A DNA stretch of 64,000 nucleotides from Phoronis australis (taxonomy: Eukaryota; Animalia; Phoronida), in contig NMRA01000049.1 in NCBI GenBank assembly GCA_002633005.1, forward strand, positions 387,189 through 451,188, in the 5' to 3' direction. The translations under genes were made by a program, and so were the position numbers. Shown here in pieces: positions 1-13,100 of the stretch. A model generated the notes under the pieces. The model did not search any database. It was given only the letters and a program-made list of their open reading frames with translations, and was not told the origin of the DNA. Within the stretch, counting starts at the first letter, position 1. Every line of letters starts with the position of its first letter.

Positions 1-880
1 GAAAGCCCTGCGTCTAAAAGTGGTGAATTACTGTACTCACTCTACCCGTTCTTAAAGAATTTTGCTTCATTTGGAGATGACTTTATTAAGTCGAAGTTAA
101 CTCTAATTGGTAATTCCTACTGGCGCGACGTATTTGAAAGTATGTTATCTTTCTACAAGAAAATAATTGTTGCAAGTAAAGAGGACTTTTTGAACCAACC
201 TTTGTGGTTTAATAGTAACTTGGCGATCGGAGGCACAGGTGTTTTTTATAAGCCTTGGTTTGTAAAAGGCTTAAGATTTATTAGAGATATGTATACCTCT
301 GATGGTGATTTTGTTAGTCTGAACAATATGAAAAATAGGTTCGACGTGAAAACCAACTTTGTAGAATATAATGGTGTTGTTTCTGTTCTAAGAAGGTTTC
401 AAAAAAGTCTATTTCAAAGTAAATTTAAAAGTGTCAATGTCTACTGTCCTTGTATGCCTTTAGCAATTACTCACTTACGGAAAGATTTGAAAGGTTGTAG
501 ACATATTTGTTCAGTCTTTAATAATGTTAAGAAACCTAAGTCAGAGTGTAAATGGGAAATAGAGCTAGGAGATAGTTTAGATTGGAAGAAAATATATGCT
601 TTACCTTACAAAATTACAAAGGATTCCCATATTAGATGGTTCCAATTTAGAATACTACATAGAATTATTGCAACAAATACCTTTTTAGTCAAAATATGTG
701 TTAGGGATTCTGATCTATGTTCCTTTTGTAATAAAGCTCCAGAGACGCTGTCACACCTTTTTTGGGAATGTAGCTTTGTACAAGATTTCTGGAAGGAATT
801 CGGAAAGCTACTTCAAAAGTGTGGCATTCAGCTTCCCAACTGTCTGTCTTACGATATTGTTATTCTTGGACTTTACGGAG
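1..880 (+). mobile_element. L1/Tx1-clade non-LTR retrotransposon ORF2 C-terminal fragment (zf-RVT region), antisense in an intron of the FN3 gene
   Basis: Frame is open from base 1. It contains NPYWRDV, QPLWFNS, WFQFRILHRIIATN and CSFC..PETLSHLFWEC (CCHC), typical of the L1/Tx1 ORF2 C-terminus. Similarity ends around 870-880. Confidence 0.9.
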
Positions 881-1057
881 TGATGACAATTTTGTATCCG
901 ACAATCTACATAACTTTCAGCTGCAAGTACAAATTGTCACCTAACATTAAATTACTTTCAGCAAAAGATTCTCACAGTTTTGCCTTTATGTCTCAATGGT
1001 TTGGCTGATGAAGAACATCATTTCCACCATTACGAAATCAATGCAAAAAGCACACAC

Positions 1058-1147
1058 CTTGCTCCCTCGTAGTTGTCATAACTACTTCTGAAACCGCGCC
1101 ACGGCCTTTACTATTTTCTGCTTGCACAGAAAAATTATAGAGAGTTC
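1058..1147 (-). CDS. Exon: C-terminal half of an FN3 domain (GTLYNFSVQAENSKGRGAVSEVVMTTTREQ)
   Basis: Acceptor tttcatttag, donor gtgtgt, 90 nt, phase 1-1; Y.FSV.A.N..G motif. Not in the ORF track. Confidence 0.88.
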
Positions 1148-4100
1148 CTAAATGAAAAGAAAAATTGAGTTAAATGTAATCTACACACTCAAAGACTACA
1201 TCAGAAACATGTGATTCAAAAACGTGATTCTGATTCTTTTTTCTTGAAGTTCAGTTAACACGGATGAGCGGGGTCCTGCAATTTGGGAACTAGATTTCTC
1301 CACTGAATTACAGACATCACACTGGTTCTCAAAATCCAGCACCCCTCACTGTAAATGACTATTGCCTATTGATTTTAAACAATTGATCAGTGGTGTTAAG
1401 TTTGAAGGAGGAGTGTGACACCAAGTCCTTGTTGTTTAATATATAAATTGTTCTTACCTGGTATCAGCCCAGTCACTTTATGAGTTGTGACAGTAGTGTT
1501 TATCTCCCCTGATGACTGTGACGACATGTCCTTGTAGATGACCCAATACTTTAGTATGACACCATTTGGTTTACTAGGACTTGTCCAAGAAAGTGTCACA
1601 GAGTCGTTCAACACGTTCCCAAAGCTTGGCTTTTCAGGAGACCCAGGAGCTGCAATATTTCAATACAAAACAAAATTGCCTACTCACCAGATATCAACAT
1701 TTCATAAATATTTAGCAGTAAAATGGCTAAATACCTGTATTCCTTCCAAAAAGTCAACTTTTCAATTATACCGTCTACTTAGTGCAGTAAAACTGGTCCC
1801 GACAAAATTAATACTCAGATGAGCAATAATTTCTGGGTTTGCAAAGAACTGGCAGCTCCTAATTCCTTGAGACCCATCTGCATAGTCAGTTGTGATAAGC
1901 CAACTTATACACCAGGGCCCAGTTGCATAAAAGTTATACGCTGTATAGCAACAATGACGTAGCATTATCACGCGTCACGTTGTTATTGTTGAACAATGCA
2001 CCTGACGTCATGCAACAATTAAACTTATCCAGCGGATAACTTTTAAAGCTTTATGCAACTCAGCCCTGGTCTCAATCTAGCAATAACTGTCAGTTCTTTC
2101 AAACCCCTGAAATCAGCTCTAATTTTTCTTAAGAGAGGATTGAGCTAGTTGTCTAAATCACAAGTTGTTTGTTGTGATTGAAGGCAGAGACGTTAACTGA
2201 TATGAGAGTCTTCCACTGAGATGGCTAATTGGATAATTGCATAGATTACTGACACTGCTGTGGTAGTAAGAAATAGTACAGGTTCTACATTTTCTGATAG
2301 ATGACAGTTCAACTCAAAATAATCTTAAGGCGCAGAGAAACTCTTTAAAACTTGCTGACACTTTGCAAAGAAAATTGTTAGTACTCGGATACTCTAGAAA
2401 GCACTTACGTATTTCCTCAGTGGTAAATGACTTAGACTTAGGAGCACTCTCTTTTCCACCAGCCCCACGTGTTTTCACAATGACTTTGTAAGGTTTGCCA
2501 GGTGTTAAACCAGTTATCATAACACTTGAATTTGATGAGTTACGTGTCACTTCACCGATTGTACCAGATCCAATGTTCTCAACAGAGACGTTGTATGACA
2601 CCACATTTCCAATAGCATTTTTCCACTGAACATGGAGTGACTTCGGCTGTTTGCCATTGGTGGCTAACTTAAGTTCTCCTGGTGCAGCAGGATCTAAAGG
2701 ACATAAAATGAAACAAAAGCAATGAAAAGCATCAAAATGTGATAGACCTGAACCACTAATGCTATGACACATAGGAATGTTTTGAAATCATAAAAATGTC
2801 CACTAGATGGTGCAGAATATAAGGAGCCCATCCGAAATAGTGGAGGCATTGTCATCTTCATTACAAGAACCAGTCCTAATTCACAAAAATTCATGAAGAT
2901 CCACCCAGGAACTCCAGACTGAGGCAAACATAAAAACTAAAATTGCCACTAGAAGCCACAATGCTACTCAAATCTGTGCAAATGAAGTCATAGGATGTCA
3001 TAGGAATAGATCCGTCAAATTTCACAAGACCCTACAAGAGATTTAGGAGATAAAGCAAGATGCAAACTGCAAACTAAGGGCCACCACAGTAATTAGATCC
3101 ATTAAAAAAATTAACATCTGTGGGGCTCTTGTCAAGAAAACACCCGTTGATACTTTAGTGATAGAAGATAAAAACAGATTTGAAAATGATAAAAAGAAGC
3201 ACCAAGGAGGTGCAGAATACGTCAAATCCATTCAGACAAGTAATTAATATGTAAAGCTATTGTTGGCGCCCTAATAGAAAACTTTTGCAAAATTTCATGA
3301 AAATCCATGAAAGAACTCTAAAGGTACGCAAAGGAACGTAAAAAATAAAATTGTCACTAGGGGGCACAGTAGTTGTCGTCACTTGTTATCTTATTCACAG
3401 GAAAATACTTGCCCAAGGGTTAAGGAGAAACAGCCATGCATGCACAAAAAACAAAATTGGCACTAGATAGCACAACAGTGTCAGTAGTAGCAATGCGAAG
3501 TAATGAAAAGCGTCCAGGACAACAATGCAAGTAGTATGCTTCTATGGGTGCTTTTAGCATCATAACAATTGCCATTAGATGGCACATACGACATCACACC
3601 ATCTGCTTTGAGAAGGTGGTGCTGTCTCTGTAATACACAATTATTTGCCACATTTCATGAAAATAAGCCACGGAACTCCTAAGATGTAGAACGATTAACA
3701 CTAGGAGGCACAGCTATTGTCTGGTTGGTCAAAAGAAATATCATCATCTGTTGCCATCTTCCAAATTTCACAAAGATTCTTTTAAGGGGTAAGAAGAAAC
3801 AGCCGTAGACACAAGAAAAAAAAATTGCCCCAACAGGACGCCAGAATAGTTGAAAACATCAGAAAATCAATGTCAGCCACGGTCTTTGCATCAGCAACAC
3901 AACTGCCAATTTTCATGAGTGGCTTGGAAGTTAGAGACGCAGACATGACCACCAGGTGGTGCAGAAAACAACAAATCTGTCCGAAAATGGGAAGGCATTC
4001 TTGTCCCCTTAAAAAACCTATAAGCCGAATTTCATGAAAATAGTCATCAACGAGCTTTGATGATACAGAGGCAAACGTAAAAAAATATTTTGCCACTAGG

Positions 4101-7100
4101 AGGAACAGCAGTATTTGAATCAGTTCCACACTCGTTATTATTAGTACTCGGCTCCACAGGAAAGCATTTTTCAAATTTTGTAAAGTTCCTCCAAATGATT
4201 AAGGAGACTGAGCCGCAGATGCAAAAAAATCACAACTAGGGGGCGACACAGTAGTCAGACTTGTCGAAAGTCAACGTCAGTCGTGGCCTTCTCATCAAAA
4301 ACATATCCTGTAAATTTTAATAATTCACTTGAGCGGTATGGAAGATAAAGAGACGGACCTCTGAAAATGGTCGCAAAAATAACAACAAGAGCAACGCAGA
4401 GCGTTAAAATGCTCCCACAAATGCATCGTAAATGGTGTGCTGTTAGGGTGCTTATTTGTGACATAAAAATGGTCACTAGATGGCGCAAAAACATACAATC
4501 CATCTGAAAATGGGAAAATGTCATTGCTTACTTAATAGAAAGCTATACACCAAATTTCATAGAAATCCGTCACGGAACTTCAGAGAAACAAAGGAAAACA
4601 GAATAAAATGAAATTGCCACTAGGGTGCACAGTGTTCATTGGATCCGCCTGAAAGGCGTCATTGTTGTTAGCGTCATGTAAATACATTACTCTACAGAAC
4701 CTACCGTGGACTTAGGAGATACAGCTATGGGCACAAAACAAAACAAAACAAAACTACCACTAGGAGGCGCCACAGTAGTCAAAGCCGTCATCGTCAACCG
4801 TTCTCTTCACACTGAGAGCATAGTATACGCCAATTTTCAAAACCATCATTAGAATGATTTGACTCAAAAACAGCAAAAATAGCCACCAGGTGGCGCAAAA
4901 TATATTGATTCCATCTGAAAACGGGAGGATTGCGTCATTTCACCAAAAGATGCTATATTCAAAATTTCATGAAAATCTGTTGAGGATCTTTGAAGATACA
5001 GAGGTAAGATACAGAGGTAAACGTAAAACTAAAATTACCACCAGGGGGCATACCAGTAGTCAGATTCATCTCAAAATCATCGTCATCCGTTGTCAACATC
5101 ATTTAAACACACTTCTTAAATTTAATAAAGATCCTGCAAACGGTTTAGCAGATATAGCCATGGGCGCAAAAAAGAAACTGCCACTAGGAGACGTATCAGT
5201 AGTCAAAGTCATTGGAAAATCATTGTCAGCCGTCCACTTCATAGTAAAAATATGTATGCCAATTTTCAGTCTATTTTCCTGAAAGCGGTTTGGTTGACAG
5301 AGGGGTGGACGCCAAAAAAACAGAACGAAAACAATAAAAATGGCCACTAGGTGGTGCAAACTAGGTCGAATCCATCTGAAAACGGAGAGATAGCATCATC
5401 TCACTAACAGAAGCCTGTACGCCAAATTTTATGATACAGAGGTAAAAGTAAAAAATAAAATTGCCACTAGGTGGCACACCAGTTGTCAGAACTATCTGAA
5501 AGTCATCGCCGTTCATTGCCAACATCATATAAATGCACTTACTAAATTTAGTAAAGATGTTGCAAACGGTTTAGGAGATACAGCCATAGACGCAAAAGAA
5601 ACAAAACTGCCACTAGGAGGCACCACAGTTGTTAAAGTCGTTGGAAAATCATCGTGAACCGTCCTCTTCATAGTAAGAACATACATGCCAATTTTCACAA
5701 TCATGCTTTGAGCAGTTTGATTGATAGAGGGGATGGACATCAAAAAACAGAATCGAAAACAGTAAAAATGGCCACAAGGTAGCGCAAATTAAGTCAAATC
5801 CATTCGAAAACAAGTAGATATTGTTGCCTCACTAATAGATGCCTATAACCAAATTTTATGAAAATACGTTGAGGACCTTTGATTAGATACAGAGGTTAAC
5901 GTAAAAAACCAAAATTGCCACTAGGGGGCACACCGGCACTCGGATCCGTTCGAAAGTTCGCTCATGCCGCCCCATCCAGAAAGGAACACATGTGCAAAAT
6001 TTCATGAACATACGTCAATCCGTTTTGGAGATAGAGCAGCGGACGCCAGATGGCGGACGGACAGCGCCCGGACAGACGGACGGATGCAGATGACGGCATA
6101 ATGCGTCCACCTATAAATATGTGGGCGTATAAAAATGGCCATGAGGTGGCATTGTGGAAATTATAGCAAGAGATGAATAAAACAACACAACCATTGAAGT
6201 CAACAAATACCAAGCACGCTGTATTCGGGGAAGACAAATACAAAATCAGGACTGAGGTCACAGGTTAATCCACAGGCGTAAAATCCATCAAATCTGTCCG
6301 AAAATGGAATGGCATCATCGCATCCTTATAAAAAACCAATTTACCAACTTTCACAAAAATCCATCAAGGAACTCCGGCCACTTGAACCTCCAACCAGCAA
6401 GATTCTCGAAAAATGTCGATTCCAACATGCAAATAAATATGATATGTTAATGAGGTGCTATGTGACAATTGCGCCATCTATACTTCATGGCTCACTCGTA
6501 TAATACCCGGGACTGCGTGTGGGAAGTTGTGATTGTGTGCGCTGCAGTTGACATTTTCAAAGTCAAAGTATAATTATGCCCCTGTTTAAAGTCATAAAGA
6601 CAGTTGATTGAAATCCTTCTATGGAAAATGATTCACTCTTTCTGATGACAATAATTGTTTTCTAAGCAATGAGAAGATATTTCTGAAATTACTCAGGGGA
6701 AGGAGACCAAAAACCACGGTTTAGTTAGTTTTCCCTCCTGGTAATGTCTTCCTGCTATATGAGAGTCGCAATCTTTTTTGGGTAAAATACTTCTACATAC
6801 AGCATCAAAGTACATACTTGTATAAAGTTAACTGAAATCATTGAAAAACAAATTCTCAGACATTTTTATTTCCACTTCCTGTAACGGTACTAGCTGACCA
6901 CCAAACGCCAGTTCTGAGTGGAACAACCCATGTTAATATTTGGACTCCCACTTTTAGAATCCTGTATAAGTCTGATTTATTGTGCTGTATGCCTGAGCTA
7001 CAAGGAAATGTTTACGTATTTGATTTCATAAAATATATTACATTTTGCATTGTAAATTATTGCTTGTCAGCAAAAATAAGGAAGGATGACAAGTTTGCAC

Positions 7101-10100
7101 ATAGATTTTCGGTGTTTTTACCAGACAGCCTTACGATTGATCTACTTCACACCACATAATGTGAATGTTGGGGATTCCAAATGTACAAGCCTGATAATTA
7201 TTATGTTCAGTGTGACAAGATAAACAAATATGAATGAATTCAAAACTGGTCGTCTATTATTCTTTTGCAATAACATATATATTACAATCATGGATTCTTC
7301 AGTGCTGTTTTTTGCATTTTTGTCACTAAAGGAATTTCAAGCGCTACGATCGTGGGGACTTAAACAATTTGAAAAGGACTCTGAATTTGTTCGGCCATTG
7401 AGACCAAACTTTAAGAAAAACAACTCTAGCGCAAATCTAGGGAAAGCAACTCAGGATTAATTGTGGTTTATATACATGAACGTGTAATAACGCACTCACT
7501 TGTTTCAACTGTCTTTGCTGTTGAAACTACATCATCCCATTGTGCCTTGACTGTTGTTACGGTAACAGTGTATTCAGTCCCAGGAGTCAAGCCAGTACAC
7601 TGTTTGGAGGTGGCAGCCTTATCTGCAATGAACTCCAGAGTTCCACAAACAACTTTGTAGCTATCTTTATTTCCAGCTGCTGCAGTCCAAATGACATCAA
7701 CCGTTGTCTCACCTTCAACCAGTGTGGTAATACTAGCTGCAGATAACTCTGGAAAGGTAGAGAAAGAGACACTTAGTGTCAATACCGTGTTAAGGAAAAC
7801 TATTCATCAAAGAGTTCACAGGACATAAGAACTTTGCGTTCGGGTAAAGTAGAATGGTGTAAGGCATATATCTATGAAAGACAGCACCTGGTTTTAGCAA
7901 CACAAGAGATAGTGAATTTCAAAGTGAAATTTCTCAATTTCTCAGTGCCACGCTACATGAAGTTAGCAACATATCTGCCGTTAATGTTATGTAGTACCAT
8001 GTGAAAAAGATACCCTTTTAGAAATTGCTAACGAAAGTGAAAACTACGCAATTTTCTGTGAAACTGTGCGTCCCCGTTGAAGGCATTTCTCAATGAAAAA
8101 TAATTAGCTGAGCCATAACGCATTTTTTGTATCCACCTAGTTTTTACAACGTCATAGGCTCCGAAATTTCATGCTGAGTTCTCGAGCCGCAGTGTTTGCT
8201 CAGGCTTCCACACCTTGAGCATTACAGACCATTGATGCAACTGAGAGGAAAATTCAGAAAATTTAATTGGTTAACCCAGTTTCGCAGGACTTCTCCTGAC
8301 TAGATGATAATTCATGAGTGTCATACTGGCCATTTGGCAAGCCTGCCGCCTGTGGGGTCGATACAGCGGTAACCTTTTGGATGGCTAGAATTTCATATCC
8401 GGTGGGTTTGAATGGACGGCCAGAAGTAAAAAACATCCTGGCAAAATTTTTAAAAAGTTGATTCAAATGATGGCCATTTTGTCAATATTACCAGCTGGTC
8501 AGTCGTTTCTCTAGTAGCTCAAATAGATAGGCAATCAGTCATTTCAGAAAATTTAAGAAATTTACAATACAATATTAATTGCTTTATTCTTAGTACATTT
8601 TTCAACATGAGTGCTCAGCAGACACAGATCGTACTTACAAATGGGTCTGTTAGAAATATCAAAAATCCTAGAACAGAAACTCCTTTGATAACTCTGACTG
8701 GTTATTGCATCTCACAATTAATGTACACAATCCATTGTTTCTATTTAATGATAGAGGATTTCTTGCAGAAAGTGTCTCGCGAGTGTCTTGTATAACAGAC
8801 AGTGCCTCAGGATCAATTGTGGCTCATAGGCAAGAGCCTGTACTAACACTCACTTGTTTTAACTGGCTTTGGTGTTGAAGCTACATCATCCCATTGTGCC
8901 TTGACTGTTATTACGGAAACAGAGTACTCAGCTCCAGGAGTCAAACCAGTACACTGTTTGGTGGTGGCAGCCTTATCTGCAGTGAACTCCTCAGTACCGC
9001 AAATAACTTTGTAGCTATCTTTATTTCCAGCTGCTGCAGTCCAAATGACATCAACTGTTGTCTCACCTCCAACCAGTGTGGTAATACTAGCTGCAGATAA
9101 CTCTGGAAAGGTAGAGAAAGAGACACTTAGTGTCAATACCGTGTTAAGGAAAACAATTCATTAAAGACTTCACAGGACATAAGAACTTTGCATTCAGGTA
9201 AAGGAGAATGATGTGAGGCATAAATCTTCGAAAGACAGCACCTGGTTTTAACGACACAAGAAATAGTGAATTTCAAAAATAAATTTCTCAATTTCTCAGT
9301 GCCACGCTACAAGAAGTTAGCAACATATCTGCCGTTAATGTTATGTAGTACCATGTGAAAAAGATACCCTTTTAGAAATTGCTAATGAAATTGAAAACTA
9401 CGCAATTCTCTGTGAAACCGTGCGTCCCCGTTGAAGGCATTTCTCGATGAAAAATAAATTAGCTGTGCCATAACACATTTATTTTTGTATCCACCTAGTT
9501 TTTACAACTTCATAGGCTCTGAAATTTCATGCACAGTTCTCGAGCCGCAGTGTTTGTTCAGGCTTCCACACCTAGAGCATTACCAGTGTGGTAATACTAG
9601 CTGCAGATACCTCTGGAAAGGTAGAAACAGAGACACTTGTGTCAACACATGGTTCAGCCTCATTACAGAAGCCACACCGTGTTCCTTTGAATTAAGAGGA
9701 ATTGCGTGTATGTAAAGGAGATGTAACCTATGAAATTTAAGAAACAAAAATAGTGAGCTTCAAAGTACAATTACTCGGTTTCTCAGCTTCACGCCATGAG
9801 AAGTTAGCAACAAATCTATTGTTTAAAATTATGTGGCAGCAGCACCGACCACAGGTCCTCATTACTGTGAAGCATAAAAACTGGTGAAAATGCTGAAATG
9901 GAGATGTTAAGAGAGCTAGGATTTGGTATGTGCATACCACAGTTTCTTCACTCTTTTTAGGGATGACGTGCTTGTCCTACTTTTACAGTAAGTATGCGTA
10001 CCTTAGTGACCAGTCATAGAAAATAATTATTAGCAAGAAGTCTATCCATTAAGGTTATGCTGGACCTTGTCCAGAAGAATGATTGTGTTTTTGCTAAATA

Positions 10101-13100
10101 CCTACAAAACTATAGACGTTAACTCCGCAAAAGTAGGTAGCATGTAGAATTTGAAGTCTAGCAGAGAACAAAATGATCACTTGGAGGTGCTGTAGTTGTT
10201 GAATTCGCACAAAAATGTAATGGTTTTGGTGCATTGATGTCATAAACTACAGTGCCAAGTTTCATTGAAAAACATGAAACAATTATTTACATATATCGTC
10301 CAAATAATTTGGCAGCAGTTCTTCCTGATGTCGGTGCTGATAACAGCACGACAGCTTTGTTGGTTGATAATTTTTGTATATAGTACAGAAGATTGCAAAG
10401 AGACATCAAAACAATTAAAAGTAATGACTATCATTCAATAACTTCAGGCAGAAATAATACGGCACAGGGTATCAGAAATACATGACAAAGGTTATGACCA
10501 CTTGGTATAAGCCAGTAAATGAGGAAATCCTGAGGAGGCAGTGTGGCGTGGTTGATAAGCACCCGCTTTCTTTACTTGAGGTCGTAGGTTCGAGTCCCAC
10601 CAGGTCACACTGCTAAACCCTTGAGCCAGGTTTCTAGCTCCTCAGCTCGGATTTAACGATATATTAATAAAGCATAAAAATATTTCCAGGTGATCAGTGC
10701 AATGGGCCCACATGCGAGGCCTGTTCACGTCTAGTACGTGTATCAGACCGCCTGCAATTTAAAAAAAAAATCCTGAGACAGCGCATGCCAAACTTCCGTG
10801 AGCTGCTCATTCAATACAGGTTGTTCAAAGCCAATATGCAGACTAAGAAATCATCCAGCTGGGTACGTGATGTTTAATATGCTGACTTGTACATAATCAA
10901 CACTGTTATGTACAGTAATTTTATGGCCACATCAGCGTGAAAATGGTCTTGTATTGAATCACTCACAAAATGCACAGACAAGAGCTACATAAGAGCACAT
11001 AATATATGGCTGATGTAACGTTTAACATAGGTGTTACATTCCTGCATTTGGTGTTACTAGTAATTGCTACAGGGAGTAGCTGCCATTGTCTAACAATCAG
11101 GCTCCTTTCCCACACATTACAGTTGTCTACAACAACAGAATGACTAAACTGGACTAAAGTGATAGGTAGGTCCAATGAAACTAATCTGATTTTGTTAGTT
11201 GATGTACCGCATACCTGTGGCCAGAGTCTAGTACTAAAAATTGAACTTGAAATTATTTTGGAATTTTTCAGATTCTACTTTTGTGCTAACTCAAGTTAAG
11301 TGTCAATTACTATGTGCTCAAGTACATTATGTTTCATGCAGGAGTTTCTAGTCCAAATTCGCACTAGATGACCCCTAGATTCAAGCTAAAACGTTAGTTA
11401 ACTTGAGTAAACACTTGAAATCTCAAGTTCAGACTCTAGCCTTAAGAATGGAGTCGTTGTAAGTGCAAACTAGGATTGTATAGAGTTATCCAGGTGAGTC
11501 ATTATCTACTCGAGCATAGCGGTAGAATAATAGACACCTATCTTGAGTTCCCAAAAAGGTAGAATAGAAAATGCAAAAAGTGGTTTCAAGTTTGATTTCA
11601 AGTACAACGATTAAATCCTGACCAGGGTCTGGTTAAATCATAATATCCTGCATCAGTTTATCGTAACACACATAAAAGCATGCTTACCAGTCTTTACTGT
11701 AAAGTCCAGTGGATCACTTTTAAGACTACCCTCTTGACTGATGGCAACAACTTGAATAGTGTAAGTTGAACCAGCAGCTAATTTATCAAATGTGTAAGTG
11801 GTGTGCGTGGTTGTGTTCACTCGAGAAGGGCTGGTTAGATTCACTTCATACTGCGCAGCTCCACTAGATGGCGCATTCCACGATACAGTAACAGAGTCTG
11901 AAGTACTGGAACTTGATGGTGTTGTGGGAGTGCCTAGAAAAAACGTCAACAAACTAGTAAACACACACTATAGCGATTCACCTCATGTCAATTAAACCAC
12001 AGAGTGACAGAAACAGCCAAAGCTTAATGGTGTACAGCAACAACGCATTGTAATTATTCACTTATTTTGCACAACAAAAATAGTTGTTGAAATTGTCGTT
12101 TCTCTATATTTTCAAAGAATGTAAACTTTGCTGCAAATATTAAAAACTATACTACATGTTGTTTTTGACATTTCACCACCACAATCCAAGCTAACAACAA
12201 ATTGAAATATGTACATTTTTGTTGAGAAATCTGACAAAACAAAACTTGATTTCTTTGCCATATTGTGAACATTTGAGCAGGTGGGGAATATTCGGAGTTT
12301 TAGTATTCAGCAAATTCAGCACTGCAAGGTAGTTATAAAACCAATTTAAAATACAGAAATGAACAGAAGACCAAGGCTTATGAAAACTTAATGTCAAAAA
12401 CTTGTCTTACCCGGAATACACACAGTCTCTACCTTGATGCATTTTTTATCATTCGTTGTATTTGAATCCGCATACGCACTAGATACTGGCTTGACAGAAG
12501 CACACAAAAACTTGCTAGATTTACAAGCAGCTTTCAACACTGTTAATGAGACATCGCCTTGTAATGTAACAGGCGAGCTAGCGTTCAACCCCTGTGTCAG
12601 GTCAGATGATATGGTTGGTGTAATTGTAACACCAGGGATTTCATTGTCTCCAGTTGAAGTGTTACTAATCATGAAGTTGACAGCAAAGTTAGCACCGGTG
12701 CTACGGCTTGGGATGTCAACGTTTGTAGATACACTAAGTTGAAAGTTGAAACTTTTAGCAGCGCCCTCTGTTATCTTCTCATTGCTTGGCTGTAGTGTTA
12801 ATGATAAAGCACTAACATCTGCATCTATAACACAAAAAGAGCACAACTCTCAAAACAAAACAAAACAAAACAAAACAGTTGTGACGAAAAAGCATTCAGT
12901 TGGCATGAACTATCATAAGATTATAACTATATATTGGTAAATGAATCAAATAGGTGCTGAAATGTCGAGCAGTTACACACGGATAAGAATGTAAAATAGT
13001 AAAAATAAAACGATACAGTCTGTATCATACCCTTGATAAAGAGCGCATCACTCGAAACATGGGGAATTTTTTTAATATATTTTAGAACCGATGCTCGTCA

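Larger units (their letters stand above)
7450..9840. repeat. Tandem segmental duplication of exon + intron (unit ~1354 bp; two copies with full exons plus one deleted third copy)
   Basis: 7500-8225 is nearly identical to 8854-9583; 9582-9840 is a diverged copy of the exon 5' end and adjacent intron. Confidence 0.9.

Noticed and set aside
881-1008. C-terminal tail of ORF 142-1008 as a real LINE-host fusion protein
   Set aside because: Read-through into intron sequence after the LINE truncation.
2790-6135. CRISPR-like regularly spaced motif
   Set aside because: Spacers are homologous to each other and ~125 bp long, repeats are degenerate, the context is a eukaryotic intron and no cas genes are present.
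3782-6503. Short ORFs (e.g. 3782-4174, 4890-5282)
   Set aside because: Chance frames in the tandem array with no protein motifs.
10532-10605. tRNA gene
   Set aside because: It is a SINE head: it continues into a shared body and tail with a TSD, and no proper cloverleaf forms.
11861-11874. CTCF-like CCACTAGATGGCGC inside an exon
   Set aside because: Explained by the coding of NAPSSG on the minus strand; a single occurrence.
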